Both the position numbers and the translations under genes were made by a program. Positions 38,601 through 48,347 of a DNA stretch of 64,000 bases are shown here, one piece after another; positions within the stretch are counted from its first letter, which is position 1, and each line of letters starts with the position of its first letter. Source of the DNA: Myxococcota bacterium (GTDB taxonomy: Bacteria; Myxococcota_A; UBA9042; PHBI01; JAWLBL01); assembly GCA_041687695.1 (NCBI GenBank), contig JAWLBL010000019.1, forward strand, positions 32,001 to 96,000, in the 5' to 3' direction. Below the pieces are notes generated by a model. That model was not told the DNA's origin, did not search any database, and saw only the letters and a program-made list of their open reading frames with translations.

Positions 38601-41600
38601 CGGCAGCGACGCCTCGCCGGCCAGCGTCGCCGCCTCCTCGAGCAGCGGGACCGCCGCCTCGGGGCGCTCTCGGCGCGACATCGCCACCTGGGCCCGCTCG
38701 ATGAGCACTCGCAGACGCTCGGCGTCGTCCTCCGCCGCCTGGCCCCGCCGCGCCAGCACCGCGTCCACGGCCTCCCAGTCGCCGCGCGCCCGCTCGATGC
38801 GCTCGAGGCTGGTCAGGCCGAACTTGTGAGTCCCGTCGATGGCCAGGATCGCCTGACAGGCCGCCTGCGCCGCGTCCAGGTCCCGCAGCCGCACCTCACA
38901 GAGCTGCGCCTTCTTGGCCAGCAGCTCGATGCGGGCCGGATCGGGGACCTCGCGCGCGAGCGCCGCGTCGTACAGCGCCACCAGGGACGCGAAGTCCTGA
39001 CGCGCCCCGTACAGGCGCTCGAGGCGCCGTCGCAGCTCGGGGTCGGCGCTGCCTTCGGGCAGGCAGGCCTCGAGCGTGGCCAGCGCGGCCTGCTCCTGCG
39101 CGAGGTGGTCCATCTGCAGGGTCGCCAGCCGCACGCGGCGGGCCAGCGTCTCTTCGGGGACCGCCGCCAGCGCCGCGTACCGCTCGAGGACGCGCGCCTC
39201 GTCGGCCTTGGCCCCCGAGTCGCGGTAGTGTCGCGAAAGGGCCGCCAGCGCCCGCTCGTGGGTGGGCTGCGCCTCCAGCACCTTCTCGAACCACCGGACC
39301 GCCTCGGCCCCGCGCTCGAGCCGCCCGTCCAGCAGCTCGGCCAGCCGCAGGGCGTAGCGCCCCACGATGTCCGGCTGGCTCGCCGCGGCCGTGGCGCAGC
39401 GGTCCCAGAGCGTCGCCAGCCCCTCGAGCAGCCCGTTGGCCTCGGCCAGCGCCGCGATGCGCGTGGCCAGCGGCTCGTCGGCCGGGTGCTCGACCAGCCC
39501 CAGCGCCCCGTACTTGAAGGCCTCGCGCGCCTGGCCCGCCTCCTCGTACAGCGCCGCCAGCTGGCGCAGCACCTCGGCGCGCTCCTTGCCGTCGGGCGTC
39601 CCCGGCAGCCGCGCCCTCAGCAGCGCCGCCCGCTGTTGCGGCGTCCCGTCCTCGCCCAGCAGCTCGCCAAGCACGCGCGCGACGAAGGTCGACGCCGCCC
39701 GCCAGTGCTCCAGCTCGCGTCCGGTCGCGCCCTTGGCCTGGGTCTCGGCCAGCTCGACGACCGAGGCCATCGCCTCGAGCGCCTCGACGTGGTCGGGGGC
39801 CGCCCGCAGCACCTGCTCGAGCTCGTGCAGGCCCGCGCCGACCGTCTCCGGCTTGAGCGACAGCGCCCGCCCGAGGCGCGCCTGCACGTCGCGGGCCATG
39901 CGGTCGTCCGGCGCGCGCTCGAGCCAGCGGCGGTAGTGCTCGATGAGCCGGTCCTGCTGGCCGGTGGCCTCGAGGATGGCGCCGACCTCGACGCGCGCCT
40001 CGGTGTTGTCGGGGTCCAGCTCGACGATGCGCTCGAGCACCCGCACCGCGTCGTCGGGGCGGCCCAGGCGCCGCCGCAGCACGTCGGCTTCGGCGCGGTA
40101 CGCGGCCACCTTGTCGGCCAGCGCCAGATGCGTCTCGGCCGCGTGGTGCAGGTGCAGCGACAGCTCCTCCCAGCGGCCGGCGCCCGTCAGCAGGCGCGTC
40201 ATGTCGTCGCGCGCGGCCTCGAAGTGCGGCTCGCGCGCCAGCACCAGGCGATGGAAGCGAAGCGCCCGATCGACGTCGCCACGTCGCGTCTCGTGCAGCG
40301 ACGCGACGCGATGCACGAACGCGGGCTCGCCGCGCCCGGCCGCGACCTGCTCCTCGTAGAAGCCGACCAGATCGTCCCAGACCCCCAGCTGCTCGGCCAG
40401 CGCCTCGATCTCGTCGAGCCACGGCTCCATCGGCTCGGCGCCCGAGACCAGGATCTTGAAGGTGCCGTAGGCCGCCTCGGGCCGCGCGAGCTGGTGCAGC
40501 TCGATGCGCGCCATCTTGGCGAGGCAGATCGTCTGCAGCTCGGCCTCGCCCTCCTGCTCGAGCGTGCTGTTGTACAGGGCCACCAGCCGATCCCAGTCGG
40601 CCCGCGCCTCGTACAGCGGCTCGAGGATCCCCAGCAGCGGCTCGCGCTCGACGCCCTCGCCCCACATCGCCTCGAGGGCCTCGGCGGCCTCGGCGTCGTC
40701 GGGGTGGTCCTTCAGCACGCGGGCGTACAGCGCGATGGCGCGGTCGACGTCGCGCAGCCCCTGCCACCAGGTCAGCGCCAGCTGCTTTCGGACCTCGCGC
40801 TGCTCGTCGGGCGCGGCGACGTCGATGCGCCGCTCGAGCAGGTCGGCGAGGTCCGCGTGGCGGTCCAGCTCGCGGTAGAGCCCCTCGAGCTGCTCGAAGA
40901 CGGCGTGGCTGTCCGGCTCCTGCGCCAGCATGGCCTCCAGGAACGGGACCGCCTCGGGGCGACGGCCCGCGCTCGACAGCAGCAGGGCGACCAGCTCCTC
41001 GCGGGCGCCGCGCTGCGCGTCGGCGTCGACCTCGGTCGCCTCGCGGGCGCGCAGCACGGCGATGAGATCGTCCACGTCGCCGCGTTCGCGCGCGGCTTGC
41101 TCGAGGCGGTCGAGCGCCTCGCCATGGCTCGGATCGTCGGCCAGCAGGGCCTTCCAGAAGGGCAGCAGCTCGGCCTCGCCGACGCCCCGGTCGCGCAGCA
41201 GGGCGACGTCGGCCTCTCGGCGGGCCCGGCGCTCGGCCGCATCGGTGATCCCGAGGCTGGCGCGCAGCAGCACGCTGGCCAGCCCCTCCTCGACCGCCGC
41301 GGCGGCGGCGGCCTCGAGCATCAGCGCCCGCCGCGCCTCGCCGGCCTCGCCGGACGGCCCGGCCAGGTACGCGCGCGAGGCGTGCGTCCAGCCCTGCTCG
41401 GCCGCGCCGCGGGCCAGCAGCAGGCGCGCCAGCTCGCCGTGGATGGCCGCGACGTCCAGCCGCGGCGCGCCCGAACCCAGCACCTGGGTCAGCAAGGCCA
41501 CCACCTGCTCGGACTGCCCGATCGCCTCGTAGCCGGCGACCAGGAGCGGCAGGGCGCGCTGCGCCTCGTCCGAGTCGCTGGTCAGGCGCATGCGCAGCGC

Positions 41601-44600
41601 CGCCAGCGCCGGCACGAAGCCGGGGGTGAGCGTCAGGATCCGCTGATAGGCCGCGAGCGCCTCGGCGTGGCGCCCGAGGCGGTTGTCGCAGATCTGGCCA
41701 AGCGTGAAGAGCCACCGGGTCTGCTCCTCGACCCGCTCCCCCTCGGCGAGCAGCTCGAGGCGCTCGGTGATGAGCGCGACCTTGTCGGCCCAGCGGCCGG
41801 CCGACTGGTACAGCCGGTCCAGGGCGTCGAGGGCCCCCTCGTGCCGCGGCGCCTGGCGGTGGACGTGCTCGAAGAGCGCGAGGGCGCCCTCCGGGTCGTC
41901 GAGGTGCTCCTCGACGACCCGCGCCGCCTCGAAGCGCAGCTCCAGCGCGGCCGCCGGGTCCTTGGCGCGCAGATCGTCGGCCGTCTCGACGAGGAACTGC
42001 CGCAGCTCGTCGTAGCGGCCCGCCTCGGCCATCAGCTCGGCCGCGTGGCGCACCGCGTCCTTGCGGATGTCCAGCAGATCGCTCTTCGTCGCCGATTGCG
42101 TCTCGGCCAGGATCGCCCGCAGGGCGACCATCGCCTCGTCGGTCTTGCGGATGCGATGCTGCAGCCGGGCCTCTTCGGCCAGCAGCGGCAGCCGCACCGT
42201 CGGCTTGCGCACGGCCGCCCGCCGCATGCGCAGGATGCGGATACGCTCGGCGTGCTGCTCGGTCACGTCGTAGAGGCGATCGAGCGCCTCGATGGCGCGC
42301 ACGGCGTCTCCCGAGCCGTCCTTGGCGCTCTGGACCAGGCGCTCCCAGGCCGCGATGGCGCGCGGCAGGTCACCCAGGCGCTCCTCGGCGGCGGTCGCCT
42401 CGCGCTGCCACAGGGTGTGCGCGACCGCCGGCACGTCGGCCTTGTCCGCGCAGACCGACATGATCTGGACGTAGCTGGGCCAGTTGTCGAGCGGCCCCGC
42501 CAGGGCGTCGAGCCCGTCGAGCGCGCTGCGATCGCCCGGGTGCTCGCCCAGCGCGCGCGCGAACAGCGCGAAGGCGCGCCGCGGCCGCTCACCGGCGGGC
42601 AGCTCGGCGCCCTCGGCCGGCGCCAGCAGGCTCGCCGCCTGGCGAAGGACGCGCGCCCGGGCGGGCCCCGGCTTGGCCTCGATGGCGTGGACCAGCAGCA
42701 CCTCGGCGTACGCCTCGGGGTCCGCCTCGATCCGGCCCTCGGCCTCGAACCAGGCGTCCAGCGCCTTCAGGATCCGCAGGCGACGCTCGGACGTCGTGTC
42801 GTCGGAGCGCGCGATCCCCAGCAGGTCGACGCGCGCCTCGGCGCCGACCGCCGCGCTGCCGACGAGGTCCGTCAGGCGCTCCTGGGCCGCCTCGGCCCGC
42901 CCCAACACGTCCAGCTCGAGCCGCGCCAGCGTGAGGGCCTCGCGATCGCGCGCCTCGCCCGCGGGCAGCGCCTCGACGCGCTGCAGCAGCAGGGCCCCCA
43001 GCTCCTCCCAACGCTCGAGCCGCCGCACCAGGGCCTCGGCCCGCGCCCCCACCTGCGCGTCCGCCGGATCCTCGTCCAACAGGCGGCAGTACTGCGCGAG
43101 CGCCTCGTCGTCCCGCCCGAGGGCGTCCTCGAGCAGCACCGCCGCCTGCAGCACCTTGTCGCGCCGGTGCACGCCGCTGAGCGCGGCCTCCCCGGCCGCC
43201 AGCAGCACCGGCACCAGCGCCTCGTGGGCCCCGGCCGCCTCGTAGAGCCCCTCGAGCGCCTCGAGGACGTCCGGGTGGTCCGCCGCGCGCTCCGACTCGG
43301 CCAGGATCCCCTCGTAGACCGCGGCGATCTCCTCCTCGTGCGCGCCGGTCCGCGTCAGCAGCGCCGCCATGGCCAGCCGCAGCGCCTTGCGATCTTCGGG
43401 CGCGTCGACGCAGGCCGCGTCGTCCCCCTCGGGCGGCGCCAGGGCCTCGGCCCACAGCGCGACCAGGCCGTCCACGGCGGCCGTGCGCTCGGCCAGCGCC
43501 GCCAGCTCGCTCCACGTGTCGCGATCGTCCGGCACCAGCCGGAAGCGGGCCGTGTGCCACGTGAAGGCCTCGAGGTCGTCGCCGCGGACCTCCTGCGCCA
43601 GCAGCGCCAGCTCGCCGAGGATGGCCAGGCGGTCGTCCAGCGTCGTCGCCACCTGCAGCTTGGTCTCGAGCAGCTCACCCAGCCGCTCGAGGTCCCCCAG
43701 CCGACGCAGCGCCGGCTCCAGGGCGCCGATGACCGGCTGGGCGTCCCGCGCCGATCGCAGCAGCGCCACCAGGGCCTCGACCACCTCGGCGTAGCGCTCG
43801 CCGCCTTCGGCTTCGGCTGCGGCCAGCGCGATCCGCAGGTGCTCCAGCGCCGCGGCCGCGTCGTCCAGCGGTCCCGCATACAGCCCGGCCAGCTCGAGCC
43901 GCAGCGGGTGCGCCTCGGGCGAGGCGCTCAGCCGGCCGAGCAGCTCCTCGAGCGCCTCGGCCAGCTCGGCGTGCGCGTCGACGCTGCCGAGCACCGACCG
44001 CAGCGCCGCGAGGGCCTCGGCGTCTTCCGGCCGCTCGGCCAGGATACGCTGGTAGGTCGCGGCCGCCCGCTCGGCGTCGGCCAGCACGTCCTCGTACAGC
44101 CGGCCCAGGCGCTGCAGGGCCGCCAGGCGAACGGCCGCGTCCGCCGCGGTCTCCGCGCGCGCTCGCAGGACCTCCTCGAGCCCCTCGAAGTCGTTGCGGC
44201 TGAGGTGGATCTCCTCGAGGGAGGCCAGCGCGTCCGCGTCGCCCGGCGCCAGCTGCAGGACCCACTTGAAGTGCGGGATGGCCCGCTCGGGATCCAGCAG
44301 GCGGTGGCGGGCCAGGTGGCCCAGGGCGCGATGCCCTCGGATCCGGGCCTCGACGGCCTCACGCGGGAGCCGGCCGAGCGCGTCCGACAGGACGCTGGCC
44401 ACCTCGGGCAGCGCGTCGGCCTTGGCGGCGGCCTCCTCGACCGCGCTCAGGTGCGCCAGCTCGCCGGCTTCGGCGCCGCACAGCAGCGCCTCGGTCCACG
44501 CCGCGAACGCCCCGGCCGCGTCACCCGCGCCCTGGCGCAGCTCGGCCAGGCGCGCCCAGGCCTCTCCACGCTCGCGTGTCTCCTCGGCGTGGCGCGCGAC

Positions 44601-47228
44601 GCTCTCCCAGGCCGCCATGCGCCGCGGCGCGGGCGTCGAGTCGGAGAAGCGCTCGAGCAGCATGCGCGCGACGTCGACCCGCTCCGGCGCGGCGGCCAGC
44701 GCGCTCTCCAGGCTGCCGACCGCCCGGCGCGGATCCTCGAGGTGCGCCTCGTGCACGCGGGCGATCTCGACGTGGAGATCGGCCAGCAGGGCCGGGTCGC
44801 TGGTCTTGCCGGAAAAATCCACCAGCAGCGCGGCGTAGGCCTTCCAGTCCTCGCCCGGCGTGTACAGGCGCGCCAGCTCGTCCCAGGCGCGGCGCGCGAC
44901 ATAGATCCGCTGCAGGAAGTTGCGGGCCTGGGTGTTGAACGGGCTCAGCTCGCAGATCTCGGCGAAGATGCTCCGCGCGCGCTCGTCGTCGCCGAGGCGC
45001 CCGTAGAGGACCTCGCCCAGCTCCTGCAGCACCTCGACGCGCTGCTTGCGCGTCCCGGCGGCCTCGAGGCGCTCCTCGAGCACCTTGACGTAGCCGTCCC
45101 AGTCCTCGCGCTCGGCGTGCAGCTCCTTGAGCGCGGCCAGCGCCCGCTCGTGCGTCGGCTCGATGGCGAGCACCTGCCGCCACCAGGCGACGGCCTCGCC
45201 CTGGCGGAGCAGCTCGTCCGAGGCGAGGCGCGCCAGCTCGACCAGGACCTCGAGGCGCTCGGCACCCTCGAGGAGCTCCAGCTCGCGCTGGTAGGTGCGG
45301 TACAGCCGCTCGCCGTCATGGCGCCGGGCGTGGATGTCGCGCAGCCGCCGCACGACCTCCAGGTTGCCCGGGTCGAGCGCCAGGATGCGCTCGAGCGCGG
45401 GGATCGCCTCGGCGTCCGAGCGGACGTGGTCGATGAGCAGGGTCGCGATCTGTCCGAAGACCTCGAGCAGCTCTTCGGGCGAGTCGGTCGCCTCGACCCG
45501 CCGGCGCAGCAGCCCCAGCAGGTCCTTGTAGCGCTGGCGGTCCTCGTAGCGCGTCGCCAGGTGCTTGGCGGCGCGGGCCTCGGCGGGCGCGAGGCGCACG
45601 ATGCGCTCGTAGGTCGCCGTGACCATGTCCTCCATCGGGAGGCGATCCGGCGCCTGATAGACCTCGATGAGTTCGAAGAGCAGCGCGGTCTTGCGATCGA
45701 CCGCCGCCTCGGGGAGCCGCGCGAGCCAGCGCTCGAGGTGCTCGACCAGCGCATGCCAGCGCCCCGCGGCCGCGAGCCCGTCTCGCAGGGCGGCCAGCGC
45801 CTCCTCGTGGTCGGGATCCTCGGCCAGGACGCGCCGCCACGCGTCGATCATCGGGTCGACGCCCTCGAAGGTCGCCGCGAGGCGCGCCATCTCGGCCGAG
45901 ACCTCGATCCGCTCGGCCGCCAGCTCCGGCCCCTCGAGCACCTCGAGCAGCTGCGCCAGCGTCGCGTGCGCCCGGCGCGCGTCGCCCTGCGCCGCGTACC
46001 AGCCGCGATAGAAGGTCAGCGCCGCCAGGCTCCGCGCGTCGAGCACGCGGACGCGACGGTAGAGCCGCTCGGCCGCCTCGGCGTCGCCGGCCTGCTCGTC
46101 GAGCACCCGGGCGGCCGCTTCCAGGAGCGCCAGCCGGTCCTGGGGCGTCCTCGCCCCCGCCTCGGCCTCCTCGAGCCGGGCCACGGCCTGGGCCCACGCG
46201 CCGGCCTCGGCCTCGGCCTGGGCCGCCTCGAGCGCCGCCCTCGCGTCCACCGTCGCCTGGTCGGCCGGCACGATCAGCAGCCGCTGGGCCTCGTCGGGGC
46301 GGCCCAGATCCTCGCGCAGCAGCCTGACCAGCTTGCGGCGCAGCAGGACCCGCACGCCCCCGCGGCCGGCCTCGTCGGCGCGCTCGAGCCGCTCGCGCAG
46401 GAAGGCGGCCAGCTCCTCGAGCCGCCCCGCCCGCCGCAGCAAGGCCTCCAGCTCGGCCTCGGCGCGGCCCGCCGGCCCCGCCGCCAGCGCCTTGCGCAGC
46501 GCCTGCTCGGCGCCGGCCTCGTCGCCGGCCGCGCGCAGCTCCGCGGCGTAACGGGTCCAGGCCTCGGCGGCCTCGCGTCCCTCGTCGCCCGCGCTCCTGG
46601 CCGCGGCCTCGGCCGCCTGACGCGCCTCGACCCGCTCCCGCTCGAGCCGCTCGACCGTCTCCAGGCCCTCGCGGGCCCGGCGATCGTCGGGGCGCGCCGC
46701 GGTGATCGCCTCGAGCAGCTCGCGCGCCTCGGCGAACCGCTCCGCCTCGAGCCGGCGGGCCGCCAGCTGGTGCAGCGCCGCCACACGGCCGTCGCCGTCG
46801 TCGGTCGCGGCGCGCGCCTGGAGCAGGAACTCGGGGGCCCGCGCGGCCTCCGGGCGGCCGAGCTGCGCCCAGACCCGGTCGACCACGCGCGCATCGGGCA
46901 CCACCGCCCACGCCGCCGCCAGCAGGCGCGCCGCCGCCTCGGGGTCGTCGAGCGGGCCGGCCTGGAGATCCGCCGCGCGCAGCAGCAGCTCGACCCGCTC
47001 GCGGGGCGCCTCGGTCACGCCGGCCGCCGCCTCGGCGAACCGGGCCACGCGCGCGAGCAGCTCGCGTCCGGTCGCGGCGTCGGCCGCCCCTGCGAGCCCC
47101 TCGAAAGTGGCGCGCAGCGCGGCGAAGTCGCGGGTCTCGAGACACTCGCCTTCGAGGCGGCCGAGCGCGTCAGCGTCGGTCGGGTCTTGGGCCAGCTGGG
47201 TGCGTAGTTCTTCGAGTGCGGAGGCCAC
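35661..47228 (-). CDS. Giant tetratricopeptide-repeat protein (3855 aa)
   Basis: GTG start after AAGGA; continuous helical repeats of the form AxxxYxxxLxxxPxxxxALxxLxxLY...W; similar in style to myxobacterial giant TPR proteins (AgmK-type). Confidence 0.85.
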   Translation of the reverse strand: MASALEELRTQLAQDPTDADALGRLEGECLETRDFAALRATFEGLAGAADAATGRELLARVARFAEAAAGVTEAPRERVELLLRAADLQAGPLDDPEAAARLLAAAWAVVPDARVVDRVWAQLGRPEAARAPEFLLQARAATDDGDGRVAALHQLAARRLEAERFAEARELLEAITAARPDDRRAREGLETVERLERERVEARQAAEAAARSAGDEGREAAEAWTRYAAELRAAGDEAGAEQALRKALAAGPAGRAEAELEALLRRAGRLEELAAFLRERLERADEAGRGGVRVLLRRKLVRLLREDLGRPDEAQRLLIVPADQATVDARAALEAAQAEAEAGAWAQAVARLEEAEAGARTPQDRLALLEAAARVLDEQAGDAEAAERLYRRVRVLDARSLAALTFYRGWYAAQGDARRAHATLAQLLEVLEGPELAAERIEVSAEMARLAATFEGVDPMIDAWRRVLAEDPDHEEALAALRDGLAAAGRWHALVEHLERWLARLPEAAVDRKTALLFELIEVYQAPDRLPMEDMVTATYERIVRLAPAEARAAKHLATRYEDRQRYKDLLGLLRRRVEATDSPEELLEVFGQIATLLIDHVRSDAEAIPALERILALDPGNLEVVRRLRDIHARRHDGERLYRTYQRELELLEGAERLEVLVELARLASDELLRQGEAVAWWRQVLAIEPTHERALAALKELHAEREDWDGYVKVLEERLEAAGTRKQRVEVLQELGEVLYGRLGDDERARSIFAEICELSPFNTQARNFLQRIYVARRAWDELARLYTPGEDWKAYAALLVDFSGKTSDPALLADLHVEIARVHEAHLEDPRRAVGSLESALAAAPERVDVARMLLERFSDSTPAPRRMAAWESVARHAEETRERGEAWARLAELRQGAGDAAGAFAAWTEALLCGAEAGELAHLSAVEEAAAKADALPEVASVLSDALGRLPREAVEARIRGHRALGHLARHRLLDPERAIPHFKWVLQLAPGDADALASLEEIHLSRNDFEGLEEVLRARAETAADAAVRLAALQRLGRLYEDVLADAERAAATYQRILAERPEDAEALAALRSVLGSVDAHAELAEALEELLGRLSASPEAHPLRLELAGLYAGPLDDAAAALEHLRIALAAAEAEGGERYAEVVEALVALLRSARDAQPVIGALEPALRRLGDLERLGELLETKLQVATTLDDRLAILGELALLAQEVRGDDLEAFTWHTARFRLVPDDRDTWSELAALAERTAAVDGLVALWAEALAPPEGDDAACVDAPEDRKALRLAMAALLTRTGAHEEEIAAVYEGILAESERAADHPDVLEALEGLYEAAGAHEALVPVLLAAGEAALSGVHRRDKVLQAAVLLEDALGRDDEALAQYCRLLDEDPADAQVGARAEALVRRLERWEELGALLLQRVEALPAGEARDREALTLARLELDVLGRAEAAQERLTDLVGSAAVGAEARVDLLGIARSDDTTSERRLRILKALDAWFEAEGRIEADPEAYAEVLLVHAIEAKPGPARARVLRQAASLLAPAEGAELPAGERPRRAFALFARALGEHPGDRSALDGLDALAGPLDNWPSYVQIMSVCADKADVPAVAHTLWQREATAAEERLGDLPRAIAAWERLVQSAKDGSGDAVRAIEALDRLYDVTEQHAERIRILRMRRAAVRKPTVRLPLLAEEARLQHRIRKTDEAMVALRAILAETQSATKSDLLDIRKDAVRHAAELMAEAGRYDELRQFLVETADDLRAKDPAAALELRFEAARVVEEHLDDPEGALALFEHVHRQAPRHEGALDALDRLYQSAGRWADKVALITERLELLAEGERVEEQTRWLFTLGQICDNRLGRHAEALAAYQRILTLTPGFVPALAALRMRLTSDSDEAQRALPLLVAGYEAIGQSEQVVALLTQVLGSGAPRLDVAAIHGELARLLLARGAAEQGWTHASRAYLAGPSGEAGEARRALMLEAAAAAAVEEGLASVLLRASLGITDAAERRARREADVALLRDRGVGEAELLPFWKALLADDPSHGEALDRLEQAARERGDVDDLIAVLRAREATEVDADAQRGAREELVALLLSSAGRRPEAVPFLEAMLAQEPDSHAVFEQLEGLYRELDRHADLADLLERRIDVAAPDEQREVRKQLALTWWQGLRDVDRAIALYARVLKDHPDDAEAAEALEAMWGEGVEREPLLGILEPLYEARADWDRLVALYNSTLEQEGEAELQTICLAKMARIELHQLARPEAAYGTFKILVSGAEPMEPWLDEIEALAEQLGVWDDLVGFYEEQVAAGRGEPAFVHRVASLHETRRGDVDRALRFHRLVLAREPHFEAARDDMTRLLTGAGRWEELSLHLHHAAETHLALADKVAAYRAEADVLRRRLGRPDDAVRVLERIVELDPDNTEARVEVGAILEATGQQDRLIEHYRRWLERAPDDRMARDVQARLGRALSLKPETVGAGLHELEQVLRAAPDHVEALEAMASVVELAETQAKGATGRELEHWRAASTFVARVLGELLGEDGTPQQRAALLRARLPGTPDGKERAEVLRQLAALYEEAGQAREAFKYGALGLVEHPADEPLATRIAALAEANGLLEGLATLWDRCATAAASQPDIVGRYALRLAELLDGRLERGAEAVRWFEKVLEAQPTHERALAALSRHYRDSGAKADEARVLERYAALAAVPEETLARRVRLATLQMDHLAQEQAALATLEACLPEGSADPELRRRLERLYGARQDFASLVALYDAALAREVPDPARIELLAKKAQLCEVRLRDLDAAQAACQAILAIDGTHKFGLTSLERIERARGDWEAVDAVLARRGQAAEDDAERLRVLIERAQVAMSRRERPEAAVPLLEEAATLAGEASLPDGLLKAWEALCDHDSTRLTAAAWLEPRYRALARWDGLVAVLDLRRASASPDERALLAMEMAELAEARLGDPEAALHVLADELSSQPGSAVLRETLTDVALRTGRWQELVAVVEDLIGRQQAAGVTVTLTRWLATLQLSGLDDAAAAARSYEQILALDADDAEAREALEGLYRQLKQWDKLFALAQATLESVPAAERPARLLEMARVVAEQDGPRAAVPLLRDVLALDPTHAEARAWLVGLLSDGEAAAAAAEVLEPVLREAGDFAGLANVLELRARGVGDAEARAATWAEVGDLFDERLDDELRAFEAYGHALEARPQTGDVLRRLGRIAHKHNLWGRMCALLERVIPASDDLEARRDLLLHLAQLQEIKLSKPDRAVDALQEVLALEDHHRGALMGLRRLYLQLGQLPELMEVTARCDELALDAGERQRFWHDVLRVAEARQDRAAMTQACEAGLEADPYDQLLGVRLVGLYETAGRYAELEKLLATQAEGAVDPKRVASIRLSLGRIREQHLKDLDGALSAYEEAWALDPTLTDTAERLEAHYRERDDWPRLFALLASRGERSRDKRQAVGLLVEAASLAETRLEDVGEAIRLYEAALERDPKNERAMDELLRIYHRHQRHEPLARLYERKADITGAVADKRTLKVLAAEIHAQRLGDVDRAETLLAEIEAADPKHPKALAVRAHIEASRGRGFEAAALLEGLLKQSKGTQRFETLMSLGRLYLERLTRPNDALRVLLEAQQVNPAHPDLKPLLRQVFEVTGSWSDLRDVLAAEYEAAATPLDKCERALALARLSREHLQDDAGFLAWVDKAGAARRDSPEVAEALIGYYTEREMWAEVAPRLEWLVSYLEGKKIVEELPRRAHELGRLLERLGQTAKALDYYKMALQADGMYVPNLVDYGRLLVEHKQWERALRVHQNLLMQSQKLEGEAARSQVLFNLAMASRELGEVTKAKQYLNRLLKQSPDHAEAKAMLARL

Positions 47229-47411
47229 GTGTGTCCTTGCCCGTCGCCGAAAACGTGACCGGGGGGCCCTCGGCCCGGGCGGCCGGACCCGTTATAGTCC
47301 AGGGTCACCGGGGCGGACAACCGCGCCGCCGGTCCCGCGGCCCCCGGCTCGGCAACCCGCGCCCCGCCAGCCCTTGCCAAGCCGCCCCTCACCAGCCCCT
47401 GGCAGCCCTCG

Positions 47412-48347
47412 ATGAACATCCCCGGCGACATCCTGCCCATCGTGTACGTCGACGGCGCCTTCGTCCCGGCCGGCGAGGCGCGGGTCAGCGCCTTCGACCG
47501 CGGCTTGCTGCTCGCCGACGGGCTCTTCGAGACCCTCCACGTCGTCGAGGGCGTCCCGCTCGAGCTTCAGCCCCACCTGGAGCGGCTCGAGGGTTCGGCC
47601 CGCTTCATGCGATTGAGGGTCCCGTTCGATCGCGCCGGCTTTCGTGTTCTGGCGGCCGAGCTGCTCCGGCGCAACGGCGTCGGTCCCGACCCCGACGATC
47701 CCGGCCTGCGTGAGCTGGCCTTGCGCGTGACCTTGACCCGCGGGACGACGCCGACGGGGCCGCCCACGCTCACCATGTTCCTCAGGCGCCTGACCGAGGG
47801 GCACCGGCGCAAGCGCTCGGAAGGGGTGCTCGCCCAACGGCTGCCATTCGTCCGCCACGCGACGGACGCGCTGGCGCAGCACAAGACGCTGGCCTACCTC
47901 GCCAGCGCGCTGGGCCAGATCGTCCTGCGCGAACGCACGGACGACCCGCGCGTCGAGGGGCTCTTCGTGACCGATCGCGGCGAGGTGCTCGAGGGCGCCG
48001 GCTCGAACGTCTTCGCGGTCGAAGGGCGCCGCCTGGTGACCCCGCCGGTCGACCTGGGGCTGCTGCCGGGCACGTCGCGGCGCGCCGTCCTGGCCCTGGC
48101 GGCCACCCTCGATCTGACCGCCCACGAGGAGCCGCTGCCCCTCGCCCGCGTGCGCGCCGCCGACGAGGTGTTCATCACGTCCAGCACGCTGCCCGTCGCG
48201 CCGGTGGTCGCGCTCGACGACGCGCCCGTCGGAGGCGGGCGGCCCGGGCCGGTCACGCGCGCGCTGCAGGCGGCCTTCGCGGCCCGTGTCCAGGCCGAGA
48301 TCGCGGCCTGGCGCGCCGATCCGCCCGAGGCCAGCGCGGGCGGCTAG
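47412..48347 (+). CDS. Class IV PLP-dependent aminotransferase (IlvE/PabC/Dat family)
   Basis: DRGLLLADGLFET, HK, EGAGSNVF, LLPGTSR and ADEVFITSS motifs. Confidence 0.9.
   Translation: MNIPGDILPIVYVDGAFVPAGEARVSAFDRGLLLADGLFETLHVVEGVPLELQPHLERLEGSARFMRLRVPFDRAGFRVLAAELLRRNGVGPDPDDPGLRELALRVTLTRGTTPTGPPTLTMFLRRLTEGHRRKRSEGVLAQRLPFVRHATDALAQHKTLAYLASALGQIVLRERTDDPRVEGLFVTDRGEVLEGAGSNVFAVEGRRLVTPPVDLGLLPGTSRRAVLALAATLDLTAHEEPLPLARVRAADEVFITSSTLPVAPVVALDDAPVGGGRPGPVTRALQAAFAARVQAEIAAWRADPPEASAGG

Noticed and set aside
37428..47207. 3259-aa + strand ORF (likewise 55761..61385 -, 20996..24034 -, 24718..27675 -, 12918..15740 -, 31255..33984 -)
   Set aside because: Stop-free antisense frames expected from high-GC codon bias opposite real genes; no recognisable domains.
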